Shown in pieces: positions 36,177 through 47,432 of a stretch of 64,000 bases of DNA. The notes under the pieces were generated by a model. The model did not search any database. It had not been told where the DNA came from and worked only from the letters and a program-made list of their open reading frames with translations. The first letter of the stretch is position 1. Each line of letters starts with the position of its first letter. Source of the DNA: Bacteroidales bacterium. Lineage in GTDB: Bacteria > Bacteroidota > Bacteroidia > Bacteroidales > UBA3824. The position numbers were made by a program, and so were the translations under genes. The stretch covers positions 324,189 to 388,188 of the forward strand of contig JAEERW010000001.1 of assembly GCA_016286055.1 (NCBI GenBank). The letters run 5' to 3'.

Positions 36177-37226
36177 AAATTTGCAAACGTTTTTGTTTAT
36201 CATTATGCCCGTAGTTTTGGCTCGTACAAATTCTTCTGAGGCGTAAAGATATCCGCCAAATTTGTTGTAATTGCCCCAACTATTTTTTACAATGTAAAAT
36301 TTATTGCCATCAAGGTCTTTGGCTGTGCCTATTATCTGCATACCGTGGTCGTCGGTGGTTCTGCGGCTTTCAAAATCGGCTTGACGGCTCTCTTGCGTTA
36401 CCTTGGTGTGGCGTGGCATTGCGGCGTAACCCTTGCTTTGGTTAAAACCTGTTTCTGATACATCGGACGACCATACCACAGTGTGTCCTTGTGCCAACGA
36501 ACTGTCAATGGCGGCAATCATATCATCGAGCGGCACATTATAAAACTGTCCCCAGCGCCAATTGTCGGGCAATTCCAAGATGCAATATTCGTAAAATGGG
36601 TGATGGGTAAACGATGTTATTTGCACATAATCGTCGGGATTGAGTTTCACAACCTCTTGTGCAAAGGTTTTGGGAGTGTAAGTTTTGCCTTTGTATTCAA
36701 ATTCTTGCGGCACTGTGCCAAGAAAATTATCCGTTTTTTGGGTAAAAATTTCAAACCACTTTGGATCAATGATTTTGTTGTCGTCGGTAGCCACCGAATC
36801 AATAAAGGTTTTCATTTTGTCCGAAAATCCAAAGTGATAGATACTTGCGCCTTTTCTTAATGTGTTTGGATACGCACTTTCGGGCACAAGACCATAATTT
36901 TTCATAGCATAAATATTGTCGTAAAAAAATCCGCCTTCCGAAAAATTGGTTTTGCCGTGCATCATAACGTATTTTTTAGCCTTGTCGAGATACGAATAAC
37001 GCACCACAAACATTTCTGAAAGGTTTGGAATGTCTTCTGCTCCGGCGGCTTTCATTTCGCTCTCTAAAAACGAAAGTGTTGAAAAACACCAGCAAGTGCC
37101 CGATTGTGCTTGGTCTTGCACCTCAGGACACCATAAGCGGTTGGTTTCTATAAATGTTAATCCTTTTTGAGCCGTTGCCGAAAGGGCTGTGGATATTGCT
37201 ACTAATAATATAAGTGTATTTTTCAT
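36162..37226 (-). CDS. C1-family cysteine peptidase (aminopeptidase C-like), secreted
   Basis: Signal peptide. Catalytic 'QAQSGTCWCFSTLSFLE' and 'DHGMQIIG...YIVKNSWG'. Confidence 0.8.
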   Translation of the reverse strand: MKNTLILLVAISTALSATAQKGLTFIETNRLWCPEVQDQAQSGTCWCFSTLSFLESEMKAAGAEDIPNLSEMFVVRYSYLDKAKKYVMMHGKTNFSEGGFFYDNIYAMKNYGLVPESAYPNTLRKGASIYHFGFSDKMKTFIDSVATDDNKIIDPKWFEIFTQKTDNFLGTVPQEFEYKGKTYTPKTFAQEVVKLNPDDYVQITSFTHHPFYEYCILELPDNWRWGQFYNVPLDDMIAAIDSSLAQGHTVVWSSDVSETGFNQSKGYAAMPRHTKVTQESRQADFESRRTTDDHGMQIIGTAKDLDGNKFYIVKNSWGNYNKFGGYLYASEEFVRAKTTGIMINKNVCKFLFQN

Positions 37227-37367
37227 TGGTTTTGTTTTAATTTACGATTGTAAAGGTAAGCATTTTAATTGTTGAAAGCAAATTTTATGGCTGACAATTT
37301 GTCATTTTGTTGCCGAGTGGCAAACTATTTGAACCTATATAAGCAGAATTTAAAAACATATACAAAT

Positions 37368-39181
<1,814 letters not shown>

Positions 39182-39207
39182 AGGTATACAAATATAGTGT
39201 AGATTGA

Positions 39208-39234
39208 GAGCCGCAGCAATGCGGCTCTTTTTTT
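39208..39234 (+). terminator. rho-independent terminator after dnaJ
   Basis: Stem gagccgca / tgcggctc (8 bp), loop gcaa, then a T7 run. Confidence 0.85.
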
Positions 39235-39279
39235 AACATTTTTTTTCATTTCTATTTGCCGTTATGTCAGAAATTTCCG

Positions 39280-39287
39280 TATATTTG
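39280..39287 (+). promoter_or_regulatory. -7 box TAtaTTTG upstream of the MCP gene
   Basis: Exact match. Argues for ATG 39363/39369 rather than 39303 as the start. Confidence 0.4.
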
Positions 39288-39362
39288 AGCTGATTCAGGT
39301 TTATGTCTGGATTAAAAGGTACGTTTTTTGTTTTTTTACCCCTTATTCACTATATAATTCTC

Positions 39363-41162
39363 ATGCCTATGAAAACTACATCTGTACATGTGAAGATTCT
39401 TTCAATTATACTTCCAATCGTGGCAATTATCATAATTGTTATGATGGTAGTAAGTTATCATATAAATTTTAAAACTCAGAAATCATTTTTTGAGTCTTGT
39501 ATGCAGGAACTCTCAGCCAAATCGGCGCAAGAGGTTACATCTAAATTGGCCACTATGACCGAAGAGTTAAAATGGATGGCTAACGAGGATATATTTACCT
39601 CAATGGACGACAAAAAATATTCTAAACGTCTTGAAATCATTGCTGCTGAAAAGAAAGAGTATTTCTCTATGATGTTTGTGGCATATCCTGATGGTAGTTA
39701 CTATATCAATGGCAAGGGCTTTTCAAAGGCAAATATTGCTGACCGACAATATTTTAAAAATATTTTTCAGCGGGGCTATGATTTTTCGATGACAAGTCCC
39801 GATATTTCAAAATCCACAGGTGAAAAGAAATACACTCTTGCCGTGCCCATTAAGCGCGACGGCAGAGTAGTGGGTGCTTTCTGTGCCAACGTCAGTCTCA
39901 ATACTCTTAAAAAAGTGGTTGTTGAGTGCAAGTTTGGCAACAACGGTGAGACATTTATAGTGGACGAAAATGCTCAACTTATCGGCACTTCGCACGATGA
40001 ATTGGTGATGAACTTTAACCTTGCCGTTGAAGGTAAGGTTGCTTGTCCTGGTTTGGAGGTGGTAGGCGAGGCTGTAAAACGTGGCGAAAACTGTATTTGC
40101 TACTGTAAAGATGCGGCCTCAGGAGAAAATATGTACACAATGAGCCGCAAAATCGAAGGTACTCCAGGTTGGTTCGTTGTTGGTACTTTGCCTGATTCGG
40201 AGCTTAAAAGTTCCGCTACTGAAAATATGTGGGTTATGATCTCATTCTTGTTAGTGGTGATTGCGATAATTGCAGTTGTAGTGGTGATTTGCCTCAAAAG
40301 GATGCTTTCAAACCCTCTTTCACAACTATCAACCGCCATCAAAGACATCTCGGACGGACATCTTAAACGTAAGATCGACTATAGATCAAACGATGAAATT
40401 GGTGAGATGTGCGACCATCTTCGTGAGATGAGTACTAAACTTAGCGAAATTGTTGACACAATAAAAATCGGTTCGGAAAATCTTGCTGCCAACTCTGAAC
40501 AGGTGAACGCCACTTCGCAGCAGGTAATGCAGGGTTCGCAGTCGCAAAGCACCAATATCGAAGACCTTTCTTCCACTATGGAAGAGATGACTTCGAATAT
40601 CGAGCAGAACACTTACAATGCTAAGCAGACCAACAATGTAAGCCAGGATGCCTGCAACAAGTTCAACGAGGTTGTGGTTAAGATCAACAGCCTTTTGGAC
40701 AACAACAAATCAATCTCTGAGGCTATCTCTATTATCAACGAAATTGCATTCCAGACTAATATACTTGCTCTTAACGCTGCTGTGGAGGCTGCCCGTGCTG
40801 GAGAATACGGCAAAGGTTTCGCTGTGGTGGCGAAAGAGGTTCGTTCGCTTGCAGAAAAATCAAAGAACGCTGCCGACGGCATTATTGAGATGTCGCAAAA
40901 GAGTCTTCAACTTTCGGAGGAGGCTAGCTCTGTGATGCAGCAGACTATTCCTAAGATAGAAAACACACGCACCTTGGTAAACGAAATTACTAATGCAAGT
41001 ATGGAACAGAGTGCGGGAGCTAACCAAGTGAATAACATTATTCAGAAACTCAACAGCACTGTTAAAGTCAACGCTTCATCTTCTGAGATGCTTGCCGCAA
41101 GTGCCGACGACTTGGCTACTCAGGCCGACAATCTGCGTAATGCTATCAATTATTTTAAGTAA
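39363..41162 (+). CDS. methyl-accepting chemotaxis protein (Cache sensor, HAMP, MA signalling domain)
   Basis: ATG 39363 or 39369, downstream of the TAtaTTTG box at 39280-39287. Two TMs flank a Cache-like domain, then HAMP. Conserved hairpin tip '[40 protein letters not shown]'. Confidence 0.85.
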   Translation: MPMKTTSVHVKILSIILPIVAIIIIVMMVVSYHINFKTQKSFFESCMQELSAKSAQEVTSKLATMTEELKWMANEDIFTSMDDKKYSKRLEIIAAEKKEYFSMMFVAYPDGSYYINGKGFSKANIADRQYFKNIFQRGYDFSMTSPDISKSTGEKKYTLAVPIKRDGRVVGAFCANVSLNTLKKVVVECKFGNNGETFIVDENAQLIGTSHDELVMNFNLAVEGKVACPGLEVVGEAVKRGENCICYCKDAASGENMYTMSRKIEGTPGWFVVGTLPDSELKSSATENMWVMISFLLVVIAIIAVVVVICLKRMLSNPLSQLSTAIKDISDGHLKRKIDYRSNDEIGEMCDHLREMSTKLSEIVDTIKIGSENLAANSEQVNATSQQVMQGSQSQSTNIEDLSSTMEEMTSNIEQNTYNAKQTNNVSQDACNKFNEVVVKINSLLDNNKSISEAISIINEIAFQTNILALNAAVEAARAGEYGKGFAVVAKEVRSLAEKSKNAADGIIEMSQKSLQLSEEASSVMQQTIPKIENTRTLVNEITNASMEQSAGANQVNNIIQKLNSTVKVNASSSEMLAASADDLATQADNLRNAINYFK

Positions 41163-41186
41163 TCTTTTTGAGTGAACGGTATTAAA

Positions 41187-41214
41187 AGCTCCGGATGATT
41201 AATAATCCGGAGCT
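41187..41214. terminator. bidirectional terminator between the MCP gene and the convergent TonB-receptor operon
   Basis: Stem agctccgga (41187-41195) / tccggagct (41206-41214). TTTGTTTTT follows on plus and an A-run precedes it (T-run on minus). Confidence 0.75.
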
Positions 41215-41242
41215 TTGTTTTTATTTGAGGGCAAAAAAAAGA

Positions 41243-41770
41243 TTAACGGTTCTTAATCTCTATTCCTACTGATTTGAAAGTTGAGAATCCTGCTTTGTCG
41301 GTAACTGTAATCATAAAGTGGTAGTCGCCTGCCTGATACTCGTCGCCATCGGGTGCGTGTGCGGATATCTCAATGGTGTTGCTGGCAGTGTACTCTTTTG
41401 ATCCTGAGGGAATTGTGTAGTCTTGCGAAAAATAGAATCCATCGCCTTCCTCGCCATCGTGGTGATGATGCTCACCCTCTTCGTGGTGCTCTTCTTCTTC
41501 TTCCTCTTCGGTGGAGTGAGAGTGATGGTCAAAGTTGCTGTGGATGTTTACGCTGTATGCGCCAAGTTCAAAATTGTCGGCAAGGCGGATGTTGAGCGTA
41601 AAACTTTCTCCAAAATAAAGTACTGAGCCGTTTTGGGGAAATGCTTGGTTGAATGATAAGTCGATGGTGGGTTTTTCGGTGTCGATTTCGTCTTCATCGT
41701 TGTTGCAAGCCGATAGAGTAAATACAGAAAATGCTAATGTAATATAAGTAAGTTTTAAAAAATTTTTCAT
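41243..41770 (-). CDS. lipoprotein with His/Glu-rich insertion (DUF4625-like, TonB-receptor-associated)
   Basis: Lipobox 'FTLSAC'. 'EKPTIDL' start of an Ig-like domain. Tract 'HSNFDHHSHSTEEEEEEEHHEEGEHHHHDGEEGDG'. Sits 14 nt downstream of the TonB-dependent receptor. The DUF4625 assignment is from memory. Confidence 0.5.
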   Translation of the reverse strand: MKNFLKLTYITLAFSVFTLSACNNDEDEIDTEKPTIDLSFNQAFPQNGSVLYFGESFTLNIRLADNFELGAYSVNIHSNFDHHSHSTEEEEEEEHHEEGEHHHHDGEEGDGFYFSQDYTIPSGSKEYTASNTIEISAHAPDGDEYQAGDYHFMITVTDKAGFSTFKSVGIEIKNR

Positions 41771-41784
41771 TTTGTGATAATTTT

Positions 41785-43977
41785 TTATAGTTTGTAAGAT
41801 AAATTGATAATTATGTTTCTGCCTTGTGCGGGCAGGTTGATGAGCCGGTAAAACGATGTGTGCTCGTAATACTCGGTGTTTAACAGATTTTTTATCCTCA
41901 GTGTTAGGTTTAAAGAGTGTTTTGGTGTCTTAAACTCAAATCCTGCCGAAACTTCTACTGTGGTGTATCCTTTGGTAGGTGATTCTGGTGGAACGATATG
42001 GTTCTGTTGTGCCACGGTTTTTACCATTGCTCCGAGCGATGCAGCGGTGCTGTTGCGGTTTTGCTGTGTTGGTTTCTTTATCAGCATCGAATATGTGCCT
42101 TCAACCTTGGCCGATGGGGGAGGGGCGAAGGGCAGTCCGTACCCCTTTTTGCTTCCAGATTTCTGTTTGGCTTGGGTGTATTCAGCGCCTGCCTCAATGT
42201 CGATTTTGCCGTTGTGCATTGGTACATAGCGGTTGTCGACGGTAAACTTCATCAATATTTCTCCGCCGTAACGCCCCACTTCGCACTCTTTGTAGTTGTA
42301 GATTTGGTTTCCACATCCGTAAAGACGGTCGAAAGATGGCGACGGATCCAGAAAAATGTAGTTGGTGAAGTATCCAGCGTAGGGCGACAGTATTATGGTA
42401 AACAATCGTCCGCCGTAGGTGAGTTCGCAGTCGGCTTGATATGCCGATTCGCTGTGCAAGTTTGGGTCGCCTTTTTCGTAACTGAAATGATGGTAGTTGA
42501 CACCGTTGCATGCTAATTCCTGTGCCGTAGGGATGCGAAAACTTTTGCCGAAGTTGACTTTGGCGGTTAGTTTTCCGCTGTGAGCCGTTGCTCCGAGCGA
42601 CCACGATAGATCGTTGAATTTTCTGTCGATGGCTTGTGCCCGCTGCACATATTCGTCTTCTGACTTGAACCAATCGCTGTACGGATCGGTGTGGATAACT
42701 CCAAGGTCGTAACGTACACCAGCCTCCAATTTGTATGTAGGTGTAAGTTGATAGTCCGCTCCTACAAACAGTCCGCTCTGAATGCTTGTAAACGAGGGTA
42801 TTATAAATCCTCTTCCGCCTATCTGATTGTCTTGCAGTTCAAATGTACTTCCGGTTTTAAGGTTGAGCCTTCCGTGGGGGATTGTCAGTTTTGCCGATGC
42901 GGTGTACACGTCTTTGTTGTAAAGGTATTCTGTGTCGGGGTCGCCGTTGTAGGTTTCAGGACACGTTAATGGCATATATCCGTGACTGACGTATGGACTG
43001 CGTTCTAATCGGTGGTTGTTTTGATAGGCGATGTCGGCTGTGAGCGTGTATTGCGATGTCCAACGCTCCACGTTGAGCGCTGTTTTAAAGTGGTTTACAC
43101 TCTGCGACGGCTGTAAAATATCGCGTATACTGCGGTCGTGAACCTTTGTGTCTACGTTTCTGGGCTCCAATCCGTGTGCATTGGCAAAAAATCCTCCGAA
43201 ACTGTTAACATTTGAGATGATTAAGCGCGATTTGAAACCGTTGCCAATATAGCCGATTGTGAAATGACCGTCGTATTCCTTGCCTGCGGTGTTGCGCAAA
43301 CGTCCATGGTTGAGACTAATGCGGTACGAGTAGATGTTTACAAAATTTTTTGGAACACAGAAATCGGCATAGTCTTGCGCAGTGAACCGTGATGTGGTGA
43401 ACCAATTTTCGCCTCGTAAGCCTACTCCGGCAGAAACACCGAAAAACTGGTTGTTGCTTTTGGTAGTTGCTTGTGCGTCGGCAGTTAGAGAATGTGGTTG
43501 TGGAATGCGAGATGAGGAGAGGTTGATAACTCCGCCGATAGCGTCGCTGCCATATTCGAGCGATGCCGCACCTTTGATAATTTCGGCACGTTCGAGCGAG
43601 TATTGGTCAATCTCCAAGCCGTGGTCGCTACCCCATTGCTGCGCCTGATGTTTTATGTTGTCTTCTACCACAGCCACACGGTTGAATCCGAGCCCGCGTA
43701 TCACAGGTTTGCCCTGACCCGAGCCTATGTTGATAGAGGATAGTCCCGGAATGTTTTCGAGACTTTCCGACAGACTTCCTCCGAGGTTGTGCGTTATGAA
43801 ACCACGGTCAACGGTCTCCACGCTTTTTGATGTGGATATGTTCCTTGCCGTGGTGTTGCGCTTAACGGTAACTGTGTTGAGTTCTACCACGGGTATGGAG
43901 TCGGATTGCGCGTATACGTTGGATACAACAAAGTATGCGCACACCACCATCACCGCAGCGCATATTCTACTCTGCAT
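41785..43977 (-). CDS. TonB-dependent receptor
   Basis: Signal peptide, plug domain ('IPGLS...G..KPVIRGLGFNRV', 'IEIIKGAASLEYGSDAIGGVINL'), beta-barrel, C-terminal 'NLSYKL'. Confidence 0.9.
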   Translation of the reverse strand: MQSRICAAVMVVCAYFVVSNVYAQSDSIPVVELNTVTVKRNTTARNISTSKSVETVDRGFITHNLGGSLSESLENIPGLSSINIGSGQGKPVIRGLGFNRVAVVEDNIKHQAQQWGSDHGLEIDQYSLERAEIIKGAASLEYGSDAIGGVINLSSSRIPQPHSLTADAQATTKSNNQFFGVSAGVGLRGENWFTTSRFTAQDYADFCVPKNFVNIYSYRISLNHGRLRNTAGKEYDGHFTIGYIGNGFKSRLIISNVNSFGGFFANAHGLEPRNVDTKVHDRSIRDILQPSQSVNHFKTALNVERWTSQYTLTADIAYQNNHRLERSPYVSHGYMPLTCPETYNGDPDTEYLYNKDVYTASAKLTIPHGRLNLKTGSTFELQDNQIGGRGFIIPSFTSIQSGLFVGADYQLTPTYKLEAGVRYDLGVIHTDPYSDWFKSEDEYVQRAQAIDRKFNDLSWSLGATAHSGKLTAKVNFGKSFRIPTAQELACNGVNYHHFSYEKGDPNLHSESAYQADCELTYGGRLFTIILSPYAGYFTNYIFLDPSPSFDRLYGCGNQIYNYKECEVGRYGGEILMKFTVDNRYVPMHNGKIDIEAGAEYTQAKQKSGSKKGYGLPFAPPPSAKVEGTYSMLIKKPTQQNRNSTAASLGAMVKTVAQQNHIVPPESPTKGYTTVEVSAGFEFKTPKHSLNLTLRIKNLLNTEYYEHTSFYRLINLPAQGRNIIINLSYKL

Positions 43978-44034
43978 TGATTATGTGTTTGGTTTAAAAT
44001 AATAAAGAGGATAAAAAATCTGAATAAAAGTATT

Positions 44035-44343
44035 TTAAACCAAAGGAGGACCGCGGATGATAATGCAGTGAGGCTGGTTTTGTGTGCAGCCTTGCTGAGG
44101 TGTAAGCATGTACACGAACCGCAATTCAGCAATTGCTAATTCGTGGTGAGTGTTGTCTTGGAGAAATAAAGTAGATAGTTGAAAACAGCATACCGGACAG
44201 TCGCAATGATGTTCGCCGCCCTCATTGTGGCAGCATTTATGCACAACGGGGTGATACTGTTTAACAACCGGAATGCACAGCACAAGTGCCGCCATTATTA
44301 TGGCAGTAATCAAACATGATATTTTGTGTGCTGTGCGTAGCAT
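44035..44343 (-). CDS. small Cys/His-rich membrane protein (HYC_CC_PP-like family)
   Basis: 102 aa. One N-terminal TM, 'HKCCHNEGGEHHCDCPVCCF', C-terminal '...RGPP'. Immediately upstream of the TonB-dependent receptor. Family name recalled from NCBI annotation, not verified. Confidence 0.5.
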   Translation of the reverse strand: MLRTAHKISCLITAIIMAALVLCIPVVKQYHPVVHKCCHNEGGEHHCDCPVCCFQLSTLFLQDNTHHELAIAELRFVYMLTPQQGCTQNQPHCIIIRGPPLV

Positions 44344-44346
44344 TGG

Positions 44347-46047
44347 TTACTTTTTGAATCTCAATCGTTTATATTCTTGAACAATATTGATAATAAAATC
44401 GCCGATTTTTTCCAAGCCGTTGATTACTTCCATATAGAACAATCCGCTGGTATACTCGTAACGTTTTTTTGTGGTGATGTTTTCGATGTTTTCTTCGCGG
44501 AGTTCAGAGCGAAGTCGATTGATACGGTCTTCGATTTGGAACGATTTTTCAATTTCGCTGCGTTGTATGGTGCTGAATTTTTCAATAATGTAGGTCATTT
44601 GCGCCATAGCATCGTTTACGATGGAGTACATTTTAATGATGCTATCTTTTTGATAGTCGGTACATTCGGCTTTGCTATCGAAGCGTCGTTGAATGCTTCG
44701 GGCAATGTTGGCACCGCTATCGCCAATGGATTCAAGTTCGGAGATTACTTTGAGTATTACACGAGTTTTTTCTTTGGCATCGTTACTCAGGTGGTTTTTA
44801 CCTACCTTGGCAAGATACTTAGAAATTTCAATCTCCATATTGTCGCTGATGGTTTCGTATTTGAGTATGCGGTTGTAGAGTGCTTCGTATTCTTTGCTCT
44901 TGTTGGTGGGCTCTTGAATAAGTTGCTCCACAAAACCGAACATTTTTTGCATACGACGACCCATTTCAAGGGTTTCTAATTCGGCGGCGGTCATACCTGT
45001 ATCGCCAATTTGCACATACGAATTGCTTCCAATATATTTGAGTTTGCCTTCGGCTTCGTCTTCGTCGGTTTTTTTGATAATCTTGGCAATGATTTTTTCC
45101 ATATAATTAACCAAGCCAATGAGCAACAATACATTGCAAACGTTAAACGACGTGTGAAATGCTGCAATATATTTAGGCAATTGGTCGGTTTGAAGATTTT
45201 CAAACGAGCCGAATCCCCATACGTATGCTACAAAATTGGTAAACGGTGTAAATAATGCGAACACCCAAATTACACCAAAAAGGTTGAACATAAGGTGCGC
45301 CAATGCAGCCCGTCGAGCAGAAGTGGAGGCTTTCATTGCCGAAATGTTGGATGTGAGCGTGGTACCGATGTTTTCGCCAAGCACAAGGGCAATGCCTTGA
45401 TCTATTTGCAACACTCCGCTGGCACAGAGCAACTGCGTAAAGGCTACAATGGCTGCTGACGACTGTACGCAAAAAGTTAATATTCCACCAACCAACAAGA
45501 ATAATAATCCCGAATACCAATGCCCGTTGGTGGTTTTAAAAAAGTTGATTACAGTATCGTTGTGTCCCAAATCCATTGCTTCGGCGTTAGATTTGAGAAT
45601 GGTTAAACCAAAAAACAGAAACGCCAAACCGAAAACAAATTCGCCCAAGGTGCGTGCCTTGCTGCGTTTCATATAGATACAAACGATGCCAATTACAAAA
45701 ATTGGGTAAACAATTTTGCCCATATCGAACGAAAAGCCAAGGCTCATAATCCACGCTGTGATGGTGGTGCCTATGTTTGCGCCCATGATAATGGGAATGG
45801 CTTGGTTGAGGGTAAACAGTCCTGCGTTAACGAATGTTACCGTCAAAAGTGTGGTGGCGGTAGATGACTGTATGGCGGCGGTAATGCCTGCGCCGGAGAG
45901 TAGACCGGTGAAACGGTTTTTGCCCATTATGCCGAGAAACTTGCTGAGGCTGTCTCCGGCTAATTTTTGGAGGCTTTCGGTCATGTTTTTAAGACCGAAC
46001 ATCAGCAGGGCCAAGCCTCCGAGGAATGTAAGTATCTGTAATACCAT
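44347..46047 (-). CDS. Na/Pi cotransporter family protein with PhoU-like C-terminal domain
   Basis: Duplicated 'GANIGTT' / 'GENIGTT' motifs in a polytopic N-terminal half, with a helical PhoU-like C-terminal half. Confidence 0.88.
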   Translation of the reverse strand: MVLQILTFLGGLALLMFGLKNMTESLQKLAGDSLSKFLGIMGKNRFTGLLSGAGITAAIQSSTATTLLTVTFVNAGLFTLNQAIPIIMGANIGTTITAWIMSLGFSFDMGKIVYPIFVIGIVCIYMKRSKARTLGEFVFGLAFLFFGLTILKSNAEAMDLGHNDTVINFFKTTNGHWYSGLLFLLVGGILTFCVQSSAAIVAFTQLLCASGVLQIDQGIALVLGENIGTTLTSNISAMKASTSARRAALAHLMFNLFGVIWVFALFTPFTNFVAYVWGFGSFENLQTDQLPKYIAAFHTSFNVCNVLLLIGLVNYMEKIIAKIIKKTDEDEAEGKLKYIGSNSYVQIGDTGMTAAELETLEMGRRMQKMFGFVEQLIQEPTNKSKEYEALYNRILKYETISDNMEIEISKYLAKVGKNHLSNDAKEKTRVILKVISELESIGDSGANIARSIQRRFDSKAECTDYQKDSIIKMYSIVNDAMAQMTYIIEKFSTIQRSEIEKSFQIEDRINRLRSELREENIENITTKKRYEYTSGLFYMEVINGLEKIGDFIINIVQEYKRLRFKK

Positions 46048-46155
46048 TTAAGTGTGTAATGATGATTGCATTCTGCACTGCAAAATTACAAAAGGAATTT
46101 TACCTTGTAATGGTTTTGAAACATTATTAGGTTAAATGTATATTAAAAAATAAAT

Positions 46156-46182
46156 AAAAAGCCCGGCTGCAAAAGTCGGGCT
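46156..46182 (-). terminator. rho-independent terminator after the M23/LysM peptidase gene
   Basis: Stem agcccg / cgggct with an 11-nt loop. The A5 run on plus before the stem gives a T-run on minus. Confidence 0.7.
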
Positions 46183-46189
46183 TGTGTGG

Positions 46190-47140
46190 TTATCTAACTG
46201 CTAATTTCTGTCCAAGACGGAGAATCTTGTTTTGAGATATGCCATTGAGTTTACAAATGCGGCTTACTGTTGTGCCATATTTGCGGGCAATTGCGCCGAG
46301 AGTGTCGCCACTGCGTACTGTGTGGTAAACTCTCTCTTGTGTGGCTGCCGACTCGGCGTCGGTCATTCCGTAATGCGAGTAGATGTTGAAATAGTGGCGT
46401 TTGAGTGTGAATTCTGTTTGACGTATTTCGCCAGTGGTAAAGTCGAAAATCCTTTCAGAGTCGAACGGTTTGCCCATATATCTTACTTCAAAGTGCAGAT
46501 GAGGTCCTGTGCTTCTGCCTGTGTTGCCGCCAAGGGCTATTGGTTCGCCAGCCTTAACAAGTTCTTCTTCTTTGGCAATGAATCCCGAAAGGTGGGCGTA
46601 ATATGTTTCCAAACCGTTGGGATGGCGTATTACCATAAGGTTGCCGTATCCGCCGGCGTTGCCCACTGTGCGCACCACGCGTACTTTGCCGTCGAATGCG
46701 GCGCGGATAGTGTCGCCAACTGTAAGAGGAATGTCGGTGCCGTTGTGGTTGCGAGTTTTGCGGAATTTGAATCCAGAACTCACTCTTCCTGTGATGGGTG
46801 CACACCAGCCGTGTGTGCTGTCGGAAAGCAAGAGGTCTACCTCTTCGGGCAATGATGATACTGGAATGTCTTTGCAGATATGGATGCTCTCAATGTCCCA
46901 GTTGTCGGCAAAGTCATCGTCGGATATTGCGGGACGGTCGAGGTCGATGTATGTCCAAGTGTTGTCGTTGAATAATATCACCTTGCGGTATTTGTCGGCG
47001 GTGGCAAGGGTGTCGATTGCAGCCTTGGTTTTGAGGGTGTCGATAGCAGACTTAGGTTTTAGCGAGTCGGCTAATGGAGCGGCGTAGGCTCCGGCAAAGC
47101 AGCAAATGGCTGTGGCTAATGTAATAATCGTCTTTTTCAC
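46190..47140 (-). CDS. M23 family metallopeptidase with C-terminal LysM domain
   Basis: 'HNGTDI', 'GNLMVIRHPNGLETYYAHL', 'GNTGRSTGPHLHFEV'. LysM 'HTVRSGDTLGAIARKYGTTVSRICKLNGI'. Confidence 0.88.
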   Translation of the reverse strand: MKKTIITLATAICCFAGAYAAPLADSLKPKSAIDTLKTKAAIDTLATADKYRKVILFNDNTWTYIDLDRPAISDDDFADNWDIESIHICKDIPVSSLPEEVDLLLSDSTHGWCAPITGRVSSGFKFRKTRNHNGTDIPLTVGDTIRAAFDGKVRVVRTVGNAGGYGNLMVIRHPNGLETYYAHLSGFIAKEEELVKAGEPIALGGNTGRSTGPHLHFEVRYMGKPFDSERIFDFTTGEIRQTEFTLKRHYFNIYSHYGMTDAESAATQERVYHTVRSGDTLGAIARKYGTTVSRICKLNGISQNKILRLGQKLAVR

Positions 47141-47175
47141 TTGTATATTAATTATCTTGTTGTTACATAATTGTG

Positions 47176-47421
47176 CTATGGTTTGTCAAATGTGGCGATA
47201 ATTGAATCGATAAGTGTAGAATCGCACATTTGGTCAGCGGTTTGCTCTGCTACGGCATGTACAATGGAGTCTTTGGTATTTATAATCATCCTTGCTATTG
47301 AGTCGCGGCGTAGCGAGTCAGCGGTTTTAGCATCTTGTTTAGAGCCTTCGTTGGTAAGCGAGCAAGATGCCGCTACCGATATGGTTAGCAATAATGTTGC
47401 CGTTTTTATAAATCTTTTCAT
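47176..47421 (-). CDS. small hypothetical lipoprotein
   Basis: ATG at 47421 gives 'MKRFIKTATLLLTISVAASC' lipobox, 81 aa. The longer track ORF overlaps the upstream gene. Confidence 0.45.
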   Translation of the reverse strand: MKRFIKTATLLLTISVAASCSLTNEGSKQDAKTADSLRRDSIARMIINTKDSIVHAVAEQTADQMCDSTLIDSIIATFDKP

Positions 47422-47432
47422 ATTTATTAGTT

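Noticed and set aside
39303-39362. Upstream ATG (39303) as the MCP start
   Set aside because: The TAtaTTTG box at 39280-39287 would place the TSS only a few nt before it. The extension '[20 protein letters not shown]' precedes the real N-terminal TM. ATG 39363/39369 is preferred but 39303 cannot be excluded.
44377-44979. 200-aa plus-strand ORF inside the Na/Pi transporter gene
   Set aside because: Antisense shadow ORF opposite the PhoU-like domain coding region.
46232-46855. 207-aa plus-strand ORF inside the M23/LysM peptidase gene
   Set aside because: Antisense shadow ORF. The minus frame has the HxxxD/HxH M23 motifs and LysM.
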